Of a DNA stretch of 64,000 nt, positions 38,201 to 47,598 are shown in pieces. The translations under genes and the position numbers were made by a program. The notes under the pieces are model-generated. The model ran no database searches, was not told where the DNA came from, and worked only from the letters and a program-made list of their open reading frames with translations. Source of the stretch: an uncultured virus (IMG/VR IMGVR_UViG_3300027906_000005) (lineage: Duplodnaviria > Heunggongvirae > Uroviricota > Caudoviricetes); the IMG/VR virus record IMGVR_UViG_3300027906_000005. One strand, given 5' to 3'. The stretch's first letter is position 1. Each line of letters starts with the position of its first letter.

Positions 38201-41200
38201 TCTATTGGAACAGTATTAGATGCTTATGTAGATACAGTAACCGTTACAAACACTGGATCTGGTTATTTGTCTGCTCCTGACATTTCTGTTAGTGGGGGTC
38301 AGGGTATTAACGCTTCATTCACTGCTGCAATTGCAAATGAGGGAGTTTCCAGTATATCCATTGAATCTGCTGGTCAACAGTTCAGAAGTGCTCCAGTAGT
38401 TAATATTACTCAGAAGAAAGGAACTGGTGCTTCTATATTACTTAAGTCTTCCGATTTGGGTGAGATTCTTAAGATTAGTGGAGATAACATTACTTTCAAC
38501 TATTCTCATGATAGAACTTTAAAACCAGAACTTAATACCACATATAACCTACAATTAACAAGAACTCAAGTTATCGACTACTTTGATGTAGTCAATGGTG
38601 GTGCAAACTTTGTATCTACACCAGAGATAGTTCTTACAGGTGGTAGTGGATCACTATATGATTTAAAGGCAATTATTGAAAATGAAGTTATACAGAGCAT
38701 TCTAGTTGAAAATGCTGGTAGAGGTTTCTTATCTGGTCCTGTAGTCGGTGCCAAGGTAACTCATACATGGGTTGGTCTACAATCTAACCATACATTAAAC
38801 TTCCCATATAACACAAAGATTCCAACTGGAACTAAGGTTTATGTTGATCAGATCACTGGTCAGTTGCCAGCTCCATTAGTTGAGGGTACAGCATACTATG
38901 CAGTAGCAGCTACAACTGGAAATGGATTGGGAGATAACCAACTTAGACTTGCTACATCTCTTGCAAATGCTAATACTGAGACAACTATTACATTTACTAC
39001 TCCTCCTGTTGGTGATGCATTAACTGGACAGACATATTTCACTTTATATACTACTGATCTTGGCGATGTTATCAATGCATACATGAAACCTGCTACTTTC
39101 TCTGTTGGAGAAAGGATTTATCAGGGTGCATCAACAACTTCATATACTGCATACGGTTATGTTAAGAATTGGGATGCTTCAGGTCGTGTTGTTAGTGTTG
39201 AAATCGTAGAAGGTGAATTTAAGGTTGGTGAACCTGTATTTGGTGAAGAGACTGCAGCGTTTGGTCAGATTCATGCATTCGATAGAGCAGATGCAGTATT
39301 TGATGTATCTCCTATCAGTACCTCTGCTACTACATGGGAAAGAACCACTGGTTTCTTAGATCTTAACGAACAGAGACTATATGACAGTGATAGGTATCAG
39401 GAATTCTCATATGATATCTCATCTTCCATTAATATTAATGATTGGAAGAACCCACTCAAGTTTGCTGCTCACCCTGCAGGATTTAAAGTCGTTGGTACAC
39501 AAGTACTATCACAAGGAGTTAAGAAAACATATAGACCTAAGCCATCTGAGAACTTGGCTGCTGGTAATGAGTTTGATTGGTGGGTTCCAGTAACAAATAC
39601 ATTACAAACTACCTTTAACGGTACAACTTATGTTCTACCTAAGCCAACCGCAAAGGCAACTGGTAAACTTTCTCAGATTCAGAACTACTCTCTTGGTAAA
39701 GCAGATTATTCTGCTGCAGTACCTACTGAAGTTCAGATTTATGGTAGGCAACTACTAGACATTCAGAAGATCTTATCTTGTATCTCATATAAGATTGATG
39801 ATATCACTGATAAGAGCATTACGTTCGATGGATCATCATCAAGTATAGTAAGTACCGCTAATAATCAGATTACACTAGCTGCACATGGATTAATTGATAA
39901 TCAGCGTATGATTTATCAAGCTGGTGGTGATAGATTCCAAGATGCTAGAGATCTAATCATTAAGAATATTGATTTCATCGTTGAAGAGACAATTGGTTTC
40001 TTGAATGCTTCATATCCAAGTCTTACATACAACTCTGCTACATGTGCTAGAGATATTAGACTTGTAGTTGCTGCATGGGCAAATGATTTAAGGTATGGTG
40101 GTAACTGGTTTACTTTATCTGCTACCAATCAATATGTTGGTGCTACTGTATCTCAGGGCAATGCATATATTGATGCTGCGAATCTACTGAGAGACAATAT
40201 GAACTTCATTGCTGCTGAAGCAGTGTATAGAATGTTACAAGATGCTACAGTTGGTATTCCAAGTGGTTATCCAGGTGTTCCTGGTCATGATGATAATTGT
40301 ATTGATGACGTTGTTGATGTAATAGAAGCAGTTGCTTATAACTTACGTTATGGTGGTAATAGTGAGGTATGGGATGCTGCAAACTTCTATGTTGATGGTG
40401 TATACTCCAATCCTGCTCCTGTTGATGGCGAAGAAGTCCAAGCGATTTGGACATTCAATAAGGCAAAGGAATTAGCTGCAGATGTTCTTATCAATACTGC
40501 AATTACTGTTCAAGGTAATCACGGTCTTACTCAAGTCACTAATACCAATCCTACTTTCAGTGCTTCTGTATGTGCTACAGTTGACGCTGCAATGGACACT
40601 CTCTTTAATATTGTTACTACTGCTCTTTCTACTAATAGCCTTACTTCCGTAGTTAGAACGAATCCAGCCAATCATATTCAGCATGTTGAGGGTGAAGAGG
40701 CTGAGACCATATATGCATTTAATAAAGCAAGAGACCTTGCATTACTAGCTGTTGTCAATAACTTACCTGCTTATGGTACATATTCAACGACAGCTACGGT
40801 TAAAGATTTAAGTATTACAGAACCCTCAGACAGTTGTGCAAGTGTCACAAGCGCAATCACAACGTTGTCTAAGATCATCACTGATGGTATTGATAACCCA
40901 TCAACATTACCTAATCCAGACACAGGAAACTATCCTAAGACAAGAACAGGAACTCCTCTTGGTGGATTAACTAATGGTGTTGGATATTTCTGCAAATACG
41001 TTGATGCAAACACTATTGAACTTAGAGAAGTTGCTGGTGGTGATGCAATTAACCTATCTGCTGTTGGAACAGGAGTTGGACATACATTTAGAGTATATCA
41101 TGACGGAGTCAATACTCAATTCCCAATAACAACTAATAACACTAAACTTACTACAAAACTTGGTAAGACACCAGATAAAGATCAACTAATGGTCGTTGCT

Positions 41201-44200
41201 AACGGTGTTGTTCAGAATCCTGCGAACTATACTTACTCTAGTGATGTAATAACATTCAATTCTCCTCTTCTTATAGAATCTCAGGTAATTGCAATGTATT
41301 ATGATCGTAAGTCATATACATCCAGTTTCATCCTAGATCAGATTGGTGATGAGGTTAAGAGCTTCGCTACTGGTATAAAGGGAACAGGTACACATACATT
41401 TGTAAGTGGCGTTACTAATGCTATTACAGCGAATGCTGGAGGACCATTTACTGCTGCCTCTGGAACAACCTATAATCCTACTACTGGATTGTTGGTACTA
41501 GAAATTGGATCACATAGTCTTACTACTTCCAATACAATCACTATTGCTGATGGTGGAATTACATTTACTTGTGATGGTGATGCTCATGGATCGAATCATG
41601 CATATCCTCGTTCTTCAGATCCTGTTTCTGGAAAAACACTTGCAGTCACTTCTCCAACTGCCACAAAGATTACAGTTGATGTAGGTAAGTCATTTGATCC
41701 TATTGATGGATTAACAGCAGGATATGGATATACTGATGGAACCTATACTAGCGTTCCTCTTAAGAATAGACTTGGATCTGGTAATGGTGCTACTGCTGAC
41801 ATTACAGTTTCAGGATCTAAAATAACTAATGTTGCTGTAAATACTGCTGGTAATGGATATACAGAGAATGATGTATTAGGTTTATCTGAGATTGGATCAC
41901 AATTAACTCAGAACTATGCTCCTAGCACAGCAACTTATACACCTAGTACAGGTGTACTAGTATTGACCATTGGAGCACATGATATGCTTGCTCCAACCAC
42001 ACATCAAGCTTCTGCTGCTGCATACAACCCAACAACGGGTGAAATGATAGTAACAGTTACTGGTCATGGATTTACTAACGGTGAGAAGGTTAAATTTGCA
42101 GATGACTGCTTAACATTTACATGTACACATGGTGGCGGTAATCACACTTATCCTCGTAGTACTGACCCATTGAGTAGTAAGTGGATTCCTGTATACGATG
42201 TGACTGCTAATACTTTCACTGTACAGGTTCTGGATACTATTCCTTCTACTAATGTCACAGATCATACTTTCGTATCTTGTACTGCTACTGGTATCAGTCA
42301 TGCAAGATCATATGTCAGAATCGCAAATGATGCTTTAATATTCTCATGTACTCATGGTGGCGGTGGTAACCACACATATCCAAGAGCTACAGATCCTATT
42401 GGAAATCTATTTGATACTCCTGTAGATGCTATAGCTGCAACTACTATTACAGTTAATGCCCTTAATGGTACTGCTGCAACTAACACTACTACTCATACTT
42501 GGCAGGGATTAAGTACTTACCAGTATCAACCAACTGAAGTTGTGTATCTACCAGCATCAGGTGATATGGTATGTACAGTTGCTGCTCATGGACTTAATAA
42601 GGGTGATAGAATCAAGTTCACAGAGAATTCTCTAACATTTACATGTACTAAGGATAATAATTTCACTCAGCACACATATCCTCGTGCTTCTGATCCTTCA
42701 GGTGGTGCTTGGTTAACTGTTTCCGAAGTAACTACAAATTCATTCAAAGTTAACGTTGGTAAGAACGAAAGGTTCCAATATACACCTACCAATTCAACTT
42801 ACAATGCTACTACTGGTGATCTAACGTTGACCGTTGGATCTCACAGCATAGCTGCACCTACAGCTCATACAGCAACAGGTGCTGTTTACACTCCTGCTGA
42901 TGGTAAGGTAGTAATTACTATCACTGGTCATGGATTCAGGAATGGTGACTATGTTCTAATTGAAGATAGTTCATTAACATTCACATGTACACATGGTGGT
43001 GGTAATCATTCTTATCCAAGAGCAACTGACCCAATTAGCGGTAAGTTTGTAGAGATCTTTGATGTAACTCCTAACACCTTTACAATTCAGTGTTTAACCA
43101 CTGTTCCATCAACCAATACTACAACTCATACATTTGTTGCCGCTGCTGCTGATGGTATTAAGAAAGCATTAGATGCAGTAACAATTGAAGAGAATGGATT
43201 AGTATTCACTTGTGAAATGGATGATAGAGCTACTAAGCACACTTATCCTAGAAAATCTGATCCTGCTTATAATACTATACTTCCCGTTAAAGCGGTCTCA
43301 GGCAACGTTATTACAGTATTCGTTGGGAAGTCACCAACTGTTAATTACACCCCTACAGGTGCCACATACGATACAACCACAGGCATTATGGAACTGACTA
43401 TCGGTTCTCATAGTCTTGTTTCTGGTCAAAGTATTAAATTGGCAGATGGTGCGGTAACATTCTCTTGTACTCAAGATGGTAATGCTACAAATCATGCTTA
43501 TCCAAGAACATTAACAGATGGATTCAATCTGGATAGTGTTCTGTATAATCCTAATAATGGGGTTATGACAGTTACGTCACCTGCACATGGAATGAACAAT
43601 GGTGACTGGATTAAGTTTAAGAGAGAATCATTAATATTCACATGTGATCTTGATGGTAATACAGCTAAGAAGCAGTATCCAAGATCTACTGATTATGCAG
43701 ATGATAGATGGTTGAAGGTATCAAATGTTACATCGAATGCTTTTGATGTCACTGTTTTAGATACAATTCCTTCTACTAATACTGATAATCATCTATATGT
43801 TGCTCCAACTAAGTTATCTCCACATAATGCAGATTACAACCCAACAACGGGTGTAATGACTGTACAGAATTCAAGATTTAATGTTAGTGATGCTACCTAT
43901 AATCCTACTAGTGGTGACTTAGTTCTATCCATTGGTACACATGATTTAACTACTCTTGATAGTATTAGACTTGCTCCTGAATCATTAACATTCAGTTGTG
44001 GTGCTGCAACAGGTGTTCATACCTTTGTAAGTTCTACTGGAATCACAGGAAGTAACGGATTTAGTGGAACACCAAGTGCTGCTACCTACACACCTTCTAC
44101 AGGTGATTTAACATTCACAGTGGCTGGTAACACAATGACTACAAGTCATACAATTACCTTAGCTGCAAATTGCTTCACATTTACTTGTGATGCTGATAAC

Positions 44201-47200
44201 CATGCCACAAATCATGCTTATCCAAGATTGACCGACCCTGCATATAATACACCACTTGTAATATCAAATGTTAGTGGTAATGATGTAACTATCAACGTTG
44301 GACAATCAATCGCTACTGAGAGTGCATACCCTCGTGCTACTGATTATGCTTACAACTCTACATTACCTATCACAGCAGTTGCTGCTACTAGCATTACTGT
44401 TAATGTGAATGGTGGTGCTGGTGCAATTAGTGTTTCTTCTGCTCATTCCTTCTCTTCAGCAACTACTGGTGCTGTCCTTGCTGGACATGGATTATCAGAT
44501 GGTGATTTCGTCAAGTTTGATGATGAATCCTTACTATTCAGTTGCACACAAGGATTAGGCACATACTCTTATCCTAGACCTGCTCAAGCACAATACACTG
44601 CTGGTGCTGGAACAACTTATAGTCCAACTACAGGTATCCTAAAAGTCACTACAACTGTTAACCATAAGATTAATGTTGGGGATAAGATTAAGTTGGATGA
44701 TGGTGCACTATCCTTTAGTTGTACTGCTGGATCATTCGCACATACTTACACTGGTGGTACTGTAGCAGATGCTGTTACTGTAGTTACCGATAGCAATACT
44801 AAGAAGAGCGTCACTGCTGCCACATACACTCCTGCAACTGGTCTGATAGAATTAACAATTGGATCTCATAGTTATACAACAAGTGATACTATTAAGATCA
44901 CTTCCAACTCTCTATCATTCACTTGTGATGAAGATAGTCATGCGACTACTCACACATATCCTAGAATCACTGATCCAGCATACGAAGCAATTCTACCAAT
45001 CACTGCAGAGACTGCTACTACAATTACAGTTCAAGTTGGTACTGCACAGACTACTGCTGCTACTGCTTATCCAAGATCCACAGACTTTGCTAGTGGTAAA
45101 TGGTTGAGAGTTCTTGCTAAGACTGCTAATACATTTGATGTTAAGGTATTAGATACTATTCCTTCTACAAATATTGCACCTCACACATGGACTGCAGGAG
45201 CAACTAATGGAATCTCATTGAAGGATCCTGCGAGTGGTGCTTTCCTTCCAGTTTCTAACACTGACTTTAATACGTTTACTGTTCAGGTTCTTAATGATAC
45301 ACCTTCTACTAATACAACACCTCATACCTTCATATCTGCTACAGATAACAGTTTGACTATTGCTCCATTTGAGAAGAAGCGTGACCCATTCTATGATACT
45401 TCATTAGAGATCATTGCAACTACTGCTACAACGATTAGTGTTGATGTTTTAACGTCTACTCAAAGTAGCAATACTTACGCACATACCTACGTTTCTGCGC
45501 TAAGTAACTCTGTTATAACGGGGGGTAATTATACTCATAAGTTTGTTACTGCTAATGCTGGTGCAGTTAAAGCAGGAGATAGGCACAGTTTTGTTAGTGC
45601 CACTTCTACAGCTGTCACAAGAGGTATTGTAACTACTGGAGTTTATGCATATGACCAACTTGCTGATGCTGGTAGACTCATACGTGATAACTTAGACTTT
45701 ATTGCAACTACTGCTTATGGCAGAATGATTGCTGCTAATGGATCATTTGTAGTTCCAAGTTATACTAAGTGTATTCGTGATACTAAATTAGTCGTTGATG
45801 CTGTTGCAGATAACGTTGAATTTGGTGGAAATGATGCTACATATGATGCTGCATCATACTATCTTGAAGCACATCTAACTGGTGAAGAAGATCAATCTGT
45901 ACAGGTGTTCAATCATGCTAGAGATATCTGTCGTGAGGTAATGCGTAACATTACGGTTACAACCAACTCCACTACTCTTGGATCTCAGTTTAAGGATCTT
46001 ACAATTACTAATGATAGTGGAAATACTGTTTATGATACTAATGACTGCCAAAATGTCGCTTCTACCATCACAACTCTCTTTAATATTATTACTACTGCTG
46101 TTGGTACTACAAGTGGTGGTGCTGGTAATCTCAATAGCATTACTAGAACTGCGTCAGGTGCTCCTGATTTCCAAATCAAAGTGGGTACTGTAACCTTTGA
46201 TGGTACTGATACAACATTCACAGCTCAGGTTGGTGGATCTACACAGGTATTACCTGCTTCTGATAACTTCTTAATATTCTTGAACAGTACTCTACAGGTT
46301 AAGGGTAGTACTGATTCTTACACATACACTGGTAGTGAATTAACCTTCAATGAAGCACCTCTACCTGGTATGGACTTCTATGGGTTCTACTTCGGTAAGA
46401 TTGAACTTATTGATCCCCTTGCACCATACTTTGACAACAATAAGAAGACCTTCACAATGAAGAAGAATAATGATCCTCTTTCATTAGAATCTGATAGTGC
46501 TTCTGTTATTGCATCTAACAACTTAATTATCTTCCTTAACTCTGTATTCCAGGAACCTGGAGTTGCTTATAACTTAAGAGGTTCTATTATTGAATTCAGT
46601 GAACCACCAAGAGCAGGATCTGAATGTGTCGCATTTATCTTCACTGGATCTGCTGATGACGTTCTAATTGATAAAACATTCAACTCTATTGATCCTGGTG
46701 ATAGATTACAAATTGCTAGTGAAGGAAGCGATCGTTTGATTGCAACAGTTTCTAGTTCTACTACTGTTGACAGTTATGAGTATACTGGATTAAAACCAAC
46801 AACTGCTGAGTTCACTGCAACTCTGGTTAGTGGAAAAATTACTCAAGTTGCTATAACCAGTCCTGGATCTAACTATGAAGTTCCTCCATTCCTTTACTTC
46901 CAAGGTGGTGGTGGAGAAGGTGCATATGCTGAAACAACTATTGAAGTTGGAAGTGGTAAAGTAACTGGGGTTATTAACCTAAATCCAGGTAACGGATATA
47001 CTACAGTTCCAACTGTCCTTCCAGTACATCCTGTACATATTGAAAGGAAGCAAAGAAACAGACTTATATCTGATTCTGAGATGCTTGCAAATACTTACCT
47101 AACTACATCAATTACAGCAGCGTCTACAACTCTGAATTTAACGAATGTCTGGTATGACGTTTCTCAGAAGAATGGATTTGCTGATGAAGGTGAAGTACTT

Positions 47201-47575
47201 ATTCCATATTATGACGCTGGTACCTCAGCATGGACGGTAGAAAGAATTCTCTACGGTGCAAAGAATACATCTGCTAACACTCTTACAGTCGCAACAGGCG
47301 GTAGAGGGTATGGTGGAACTACAGCTTCCGCAATTGCGGTCACAACAGGAACATATAGTTCTAGTGGCACCACATGTACTGTAACTACCTCTGGTGCTCA
47401 TAATTTGGTATCTGGAATGTCTATCTACCTCCAACATACCAGTGGTACTGGATTTGATGGTTCCTACACAGTTTCAGTTACTGGAGCTACTGGATTCACA
47501 GTTCAGTATCCATTCTCCCGCAGTACAAGCGGAAACATCTCACTACTTCCAGAAGTTCGTCTGAGATCATTATAA
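32279..47575 (+). CDS. gp7: Giant baseplate wedge initiator gp7 (5098 aa) with a YHYH-like domain and many repeat modules
   Basis: Lies between gp6 and gp8; F..FVKEYY, KDFY.AKGS..SF..., YQEFSY.I...W......HPAGFK core motifs. Confidence 0.85.
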   Translation: MTNSSWKVSSWTTPTTTVTTTPVPSEVSPESRSQISHNVSGQFASFIQDNYPTFISFVKEYYKSQELKGYCFDIIQNWGDYYNIDAFGGLVTETKLISAVTTSSTTVDVESTRDFPNEGLLLIDDEIIHYQSKGQTLFQTCARGFNAVRGVGEEGDYKSENTVAAAHALGTKVVNLNNIFPLYVLGKFKEQFLATFPKNFAEGVTESTVIKRVKDFYAAKGSTRSFQFVLRTLFGVESEVDYPRDRIFKPSDAYYTSREVIRAVAVSGDPNDLVGQVLYQESDANDPNVAAARIYVKGVVEVFTSSGSIFEIDVDTNNSLGTFVTPYKSMLSSDLGGEVNDQIVTVDSTLGWPEINGRFRIEDEIISYTDKTVTQFLGCSRARENTVNVAHDAGQEVFAAFKIYGYSNVDNSEIQLKVYGGTRGVKLTDGGQYYLPSSKVSTPAAPGFDSIDPVWESFTYNVRRALRGASATLGTTNNDGSVRCTIVTKEPHRLVRDDVIRILNAPEDIYNNQHDVVGIVDETTFEFIFSSRPAQGITGFEFYIAREFAYGTSDYASINNVVKDYTADVQNTYRSDTDVIVASTGVPSHKIGPFGSGDLPPGNQRYLKRIPITPSTKSTKTSTPIGQIGIGSNGVPLFSYKGRDIKKFGGLSSITKNNGGAGYDITNPPTVVFEEDYALNGVYTIYTRVKHNGNRYQAVTSGRTSSTVYPTHTSGIVTLGTVNWQYEGTPASATVSVLGEVIAINVTAGGSGYVTEPIISITGGGASNDNQATGSAQITNGTVTGIIVTNKGSGYTSVPTISISGGSGNGATASAICRGPINTINITDAGSQYTYEPSIKLISGSGAVAYPSILNGKIESIIVTFGGSGYYGAPDVVITGDGVGATAFAQVDLSTNIVTGILVTNKGSGYSAGATSIDIVYPGTGASFQTKLTELTYNEAATYEELGVPASSFTNRKTTDAAGGTTIKGENYLIYAGEYGYLYNPKKLRYLLRDNIDSNLNELNPTGHSPIIGWAYDGHPIYGPYGFEDPENTTPYNSYKLMVSSYNVKTSRDALLSGLTDPLGTYIEDYEYTEGYGDLDQYNGRFCVTPEYPNGVYAYFATIKGTAGQPKFPYFIGPNFYSEANAVNWNGNGLQKNFTEDAIRYRKPFIGTDNIVAKRKQLDNKVDFFLALEDTTTLIVMETGEVLSYLEDGIGYFSYYPVIRGGTADSLIVSATNKYSSAGVDQYLVEGGGNGYKVNDRLLFDNTGTDGEGVSATVSAITGEPVNTVASVVDANTDVYTQTITTSEKHYLNAGDNVTVSLTDNLYTRELSAKVIGDKYHFNYFQLSGSGRMDLIKEYANTTAYVLGDLIYVGNRVYKAAESGTSASTAPTHTSGTASDGSINWTYMRIRTDGNLVQGGWSSITGGSNYLDATYFDVPLSSNGSGITAKATIVVSGGAVTTVTITDTGYGYNVGDTISAANVNLGNASSPAGSGFTITLTEVETEAQCHTTLPHQLGIGDIVNISGISPSGYNKTDYSVVRTETLRRFTVKRNFGTIASANTTSSEVYVQEPKLQLISGHKYKIDTSDASNVGKTLAFTLDPANTDIFTYKNITDEERDPITGAQNSITIFIKDLPGIFYYFDIQGNVAGSYFTSINDPIIGTQTVLSETDFAFTYVTALAPESGYSTGISYTTNSIYPTGGVATISIGDPGRNYSSLPKLSGSTRSGSGAAGVATISGELSSVSITNDGSGYNQSQLPTGVVSLPDYVDLTLTGVLGSFIKDEVVISQTTQGNQTARGSVISWDPTSSTVRVKPLKNERVGAANKGYIMFSSGNAITNKIYSSDSQASISAVSGTQAIVATTVDGAGTLTQVTVTNGGSNYRSAPDIIFDDPYYGTVSTVGNITESVANAFNADTTTTGVTQTSIAGSSGSGAEFTIVTDGNGAISTVTCTDGGSSYVLGDTLTFDGTKLPGGASNEDFDVTVTTLAHADVASIGTVLDAYVDTVTVTNTGSGYLSAPDISVSGGQGINASFTAAIANEGVSSISIESAGQQFRSAPVVNITQKKGTGASILLKSSDLGEILKISGDNITFNYSHDRTLKPELNTTYNLQLTRTQVIDYFDVVNGGANFVSTPEIVLTGGSGSLYDLKAIIENEVIQSILVENAGRGFLSGPVVGAKVTHTWVGLQSNHTLNFPYNTKIPTGTKVYVDQITGQLPAPLVEGTAYYAVAATTGNGLGDNQLRLATSLANANTETTITFTTPPVGDALTGQTYFTLYTTDLGDVINAYMKPATFSVGERIYQGASTTSYTAYGYVKNWDASGRVVSVEIVEGEFKVGEPVFGEETAAFGQIHAFDRADAVFDVSPISTSATTWERTTGFLDLNEQRLYDSDRYQEFSYDISSSININDWKNPLKFAAHPAGFKVVGTQVLSQGVKKTYRPKPSENLAAGNEFDWWVPVTNTLQTTFNGTTYVLPKPTAKATGKLSQIQNYSLGKADYSAAVPTEVQIYGRQLLDIQKILSCISYKIDDITDKSITFDGSSSSIVSTANNQITLAAHGLIDNQRMIYQAGGDRFQDARDLIIKNIDFIVEETIGFLNASYPSLTYNSATCARDIRLVVAAWANDLRYGGNWFTLSATNQYVGATVSQGNAYIDAANLLRDNMNFIAAEAVYRMLQDATVGIPSGYPGVPGHDDNCIDDVVDVIEAVAYNLRYGGNSEVWDAANFYVDGVYSNPAPVDGEEVQAIWTFNKAKELAADVLINTAITVQGNHGLTQVTNTNPTFSASVCATVDAAMDTLFNIVTTALSTNSLTSVVRTNPANHIQHVEGEEAETIYAFNKARDLALLAVVNNLPAYGTYSTTATVKDLSITEPSDSCASVTSAITTLSKIITDGIDNPSTLPNPDTGNYPKTRTGTPLGGLTNGVGYFCKYVDANTIELREVAGGDAINLSAVGTGVGHTFRVYHDGVNTQFPITTNNTKLTTKLGKTPDKDQLMVVANGVVQNPANYTYSSDVITFNSPLLIESQVIAMYYDRKSYTSSFILDQIGDEVKSFATGIKGTGTHTFVSGVTNAITANAGGPFTAASGTTYNPTTGLLVLEIGSHSLTTSNTITIADGGITFTCDGDAHGSNHAYPRSSDPVSGKTLAVTSPTATKITVDVGKSFDPIDGLTAGYGYTDGTYTSVPLKNRLGSGNGATADITVSGSKITNVAVNTAGNGYTENDVLGLSEIGSQLTQNYAPSTATYTPSTGVLVLTIGAHDMLAPTTHQASAAAYNPTTGEMIVTVTGHGFTNGEKVKFADDCLTFTCTHGGGNHTYPRSTDPLSSKWIPVYDVTANTFTVQVLDTIPSTNVTDHTFVSCTATGISHARSYVRIANDALIFSCTHGGGGNHTYPRATDPIGNLFDTPVDAIAATTITVNALNGTAATNTTTHTWQGLSTYQYQPTEVVYLPASGDMVCTVAAHGLNKGDRIKFTENSLTFTCTKDNNFTQHTYPRASDPSGGAWLTVSEVTTNSFKVNVGKNERFQYTPTNSTYNATTGDLTLTVGSHSIAAPTAHTATGAVYTPADGKVVITITGHGFRNGDYVLIEDSSLTFTCTHGGGNHSYPRATDPISGKFVEIFDVTPNTFTIQCLTTVPSTNTTTHTFVAAAADGIKKALDAVTIEENGLVFTCEMDDRATKHTYPRKSDPAYNTILPVKAVSGNVITVFVGKSPTVNYTPTGATYDTTTGIMELTIGSHSLVSGQSIKLADGAVTFSCTQDGNATNHAYPRTLTDGFNLDSVLYNPNNGVMTVTSPAHGMNNGDWIKFKRESLIFTCDLDGNTAKKQYPRSTDYADDRWLKVSNVTSNAFDVTVLDTIPSTNTDNHLYVAPTKLSPHNADYNPTTGVMTVQNSRFNVSDATYNPTSGDLVLSIGTHDLTTLDSIRLAPESLTFSCGAATGVHTFVSSTGITGSNGFSGTPSAATYTPSTGDLTFTVAGNTMTTSHTITLAANCFTFTCDADNHATNHAYPRLTDPAYNTPLVISNVSGNDVTINVGQSIATESAYPRATDYAYNSTLPITAVAATSITVNVNGGAGAISVSSAHSFSSATTGAVLAGHGLSDGDFVKFDDESLLFSCTQGLGTYSYPRPAQAQYTAGAGTTYSPTTGILKVTTTVNHKINVGDKIKLDDGALSFSCTAGSFAHTYTGGTVADAVTVVTDSNTKKSVTAATYTPATGLIELTIGSHSYTTSDTIKITSNSLSFTCDEDSHATTHTYPRITDPAYEAILPITAETATTITVQVGTAQTTAATAYPRSTDFASGKWLRVLAKTANTFDVKVLDTIPSTNIAPHTWTAGATNGISLKDPASGAFLPVSNTDFNTFTVQVLNDTPSTNTTPHTFISATDNSLTIAPFEKKRDPFYDTSLEIIATTATTISVDVLTSTQSSNTYAHTYVSALSNSVITGGNYTHKFVTANAGAVKAGDRHSFVSATSTAVTRGIVTTGVYAYDQLADAGRLIRDNLDFIATTAYGRMIAANGSFVVPSYTKCIRDTKLVVDAVADNVEFGGNDATYDAASYYLEAHLTGEEDQSVQVFNHARDICREVMRNITVTTNSTTLGSQFKDLTITNDSGNTVYDTNDCQNVASTITTLFNIITTAVGTTSGGAGNLNSITRTASGAPDFQIKVGTVTFDGTDTTFTAQVGGSTQVLPASDNFLIFLNSTLQVKGSTDSYTYTGSELTFNEAPLPGMDFYGFYFGKIELIDPLAPYFDNNKKTFTMKKNNDPLSLESDSASVIASNNLIIFLNSVFQEPGVAYNLRGSIIEFSEPPRAGSECVAFIFTGSADDVLIDKTFNSIDPGDRLQIASEGSDRLIATVSSSTTVDSYEYTGLKPTTAEFTATLVSGKITQVAITSPGSNYEVPPFLYFQGGGGEGAYAETTIEVGSGKVTGVINLNPGNGYTTVPTVLPVHPVHIERKQRNRLISDSEMLANTYLTTSITAASTTLNLTNVWYDVSQKNGFADEGEVLIPYYDAGTSAWTVERILYGAKNTSANTLTVATGGRGYGGTTASAIAVTTGTYSSSGTTCTVTTSGAHNLVSGMSIYLQHTSGTGFDGSYTVSVTGATGFTVQYPFSRSTSGNISLLPEVRLRSL
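41380..45620 (+). repeat. Array of 13 diverged ~90-100-aa beta modules (Y.PTTG..IG.H...FTC...H.YPR..DP)
   Basis: 13 YPR motifs counted in the translation; DNA-level similarity, e.g. 42110-42170 versus 42973-43033. Confidence 0.85.
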
Positions 47576-47578
47576 ATA
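47571..47578 (+). promoter_or_regulatory. T4-type late promoter TATAAATA
   Basis: Exact consensus overlapping the gp7 stop, before gp8. Confidence 0.85.
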
Positions 47579-47598
47579 ACCAATAAAGCTTATAAGGC

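Noticed and set aside
32279..47575. Intein or intron in the giant gp7
   Set aside because: The frame is continuous, no splice-junction or homing-endonuclease motifs were noticed, and the size is explained by repeat modules.
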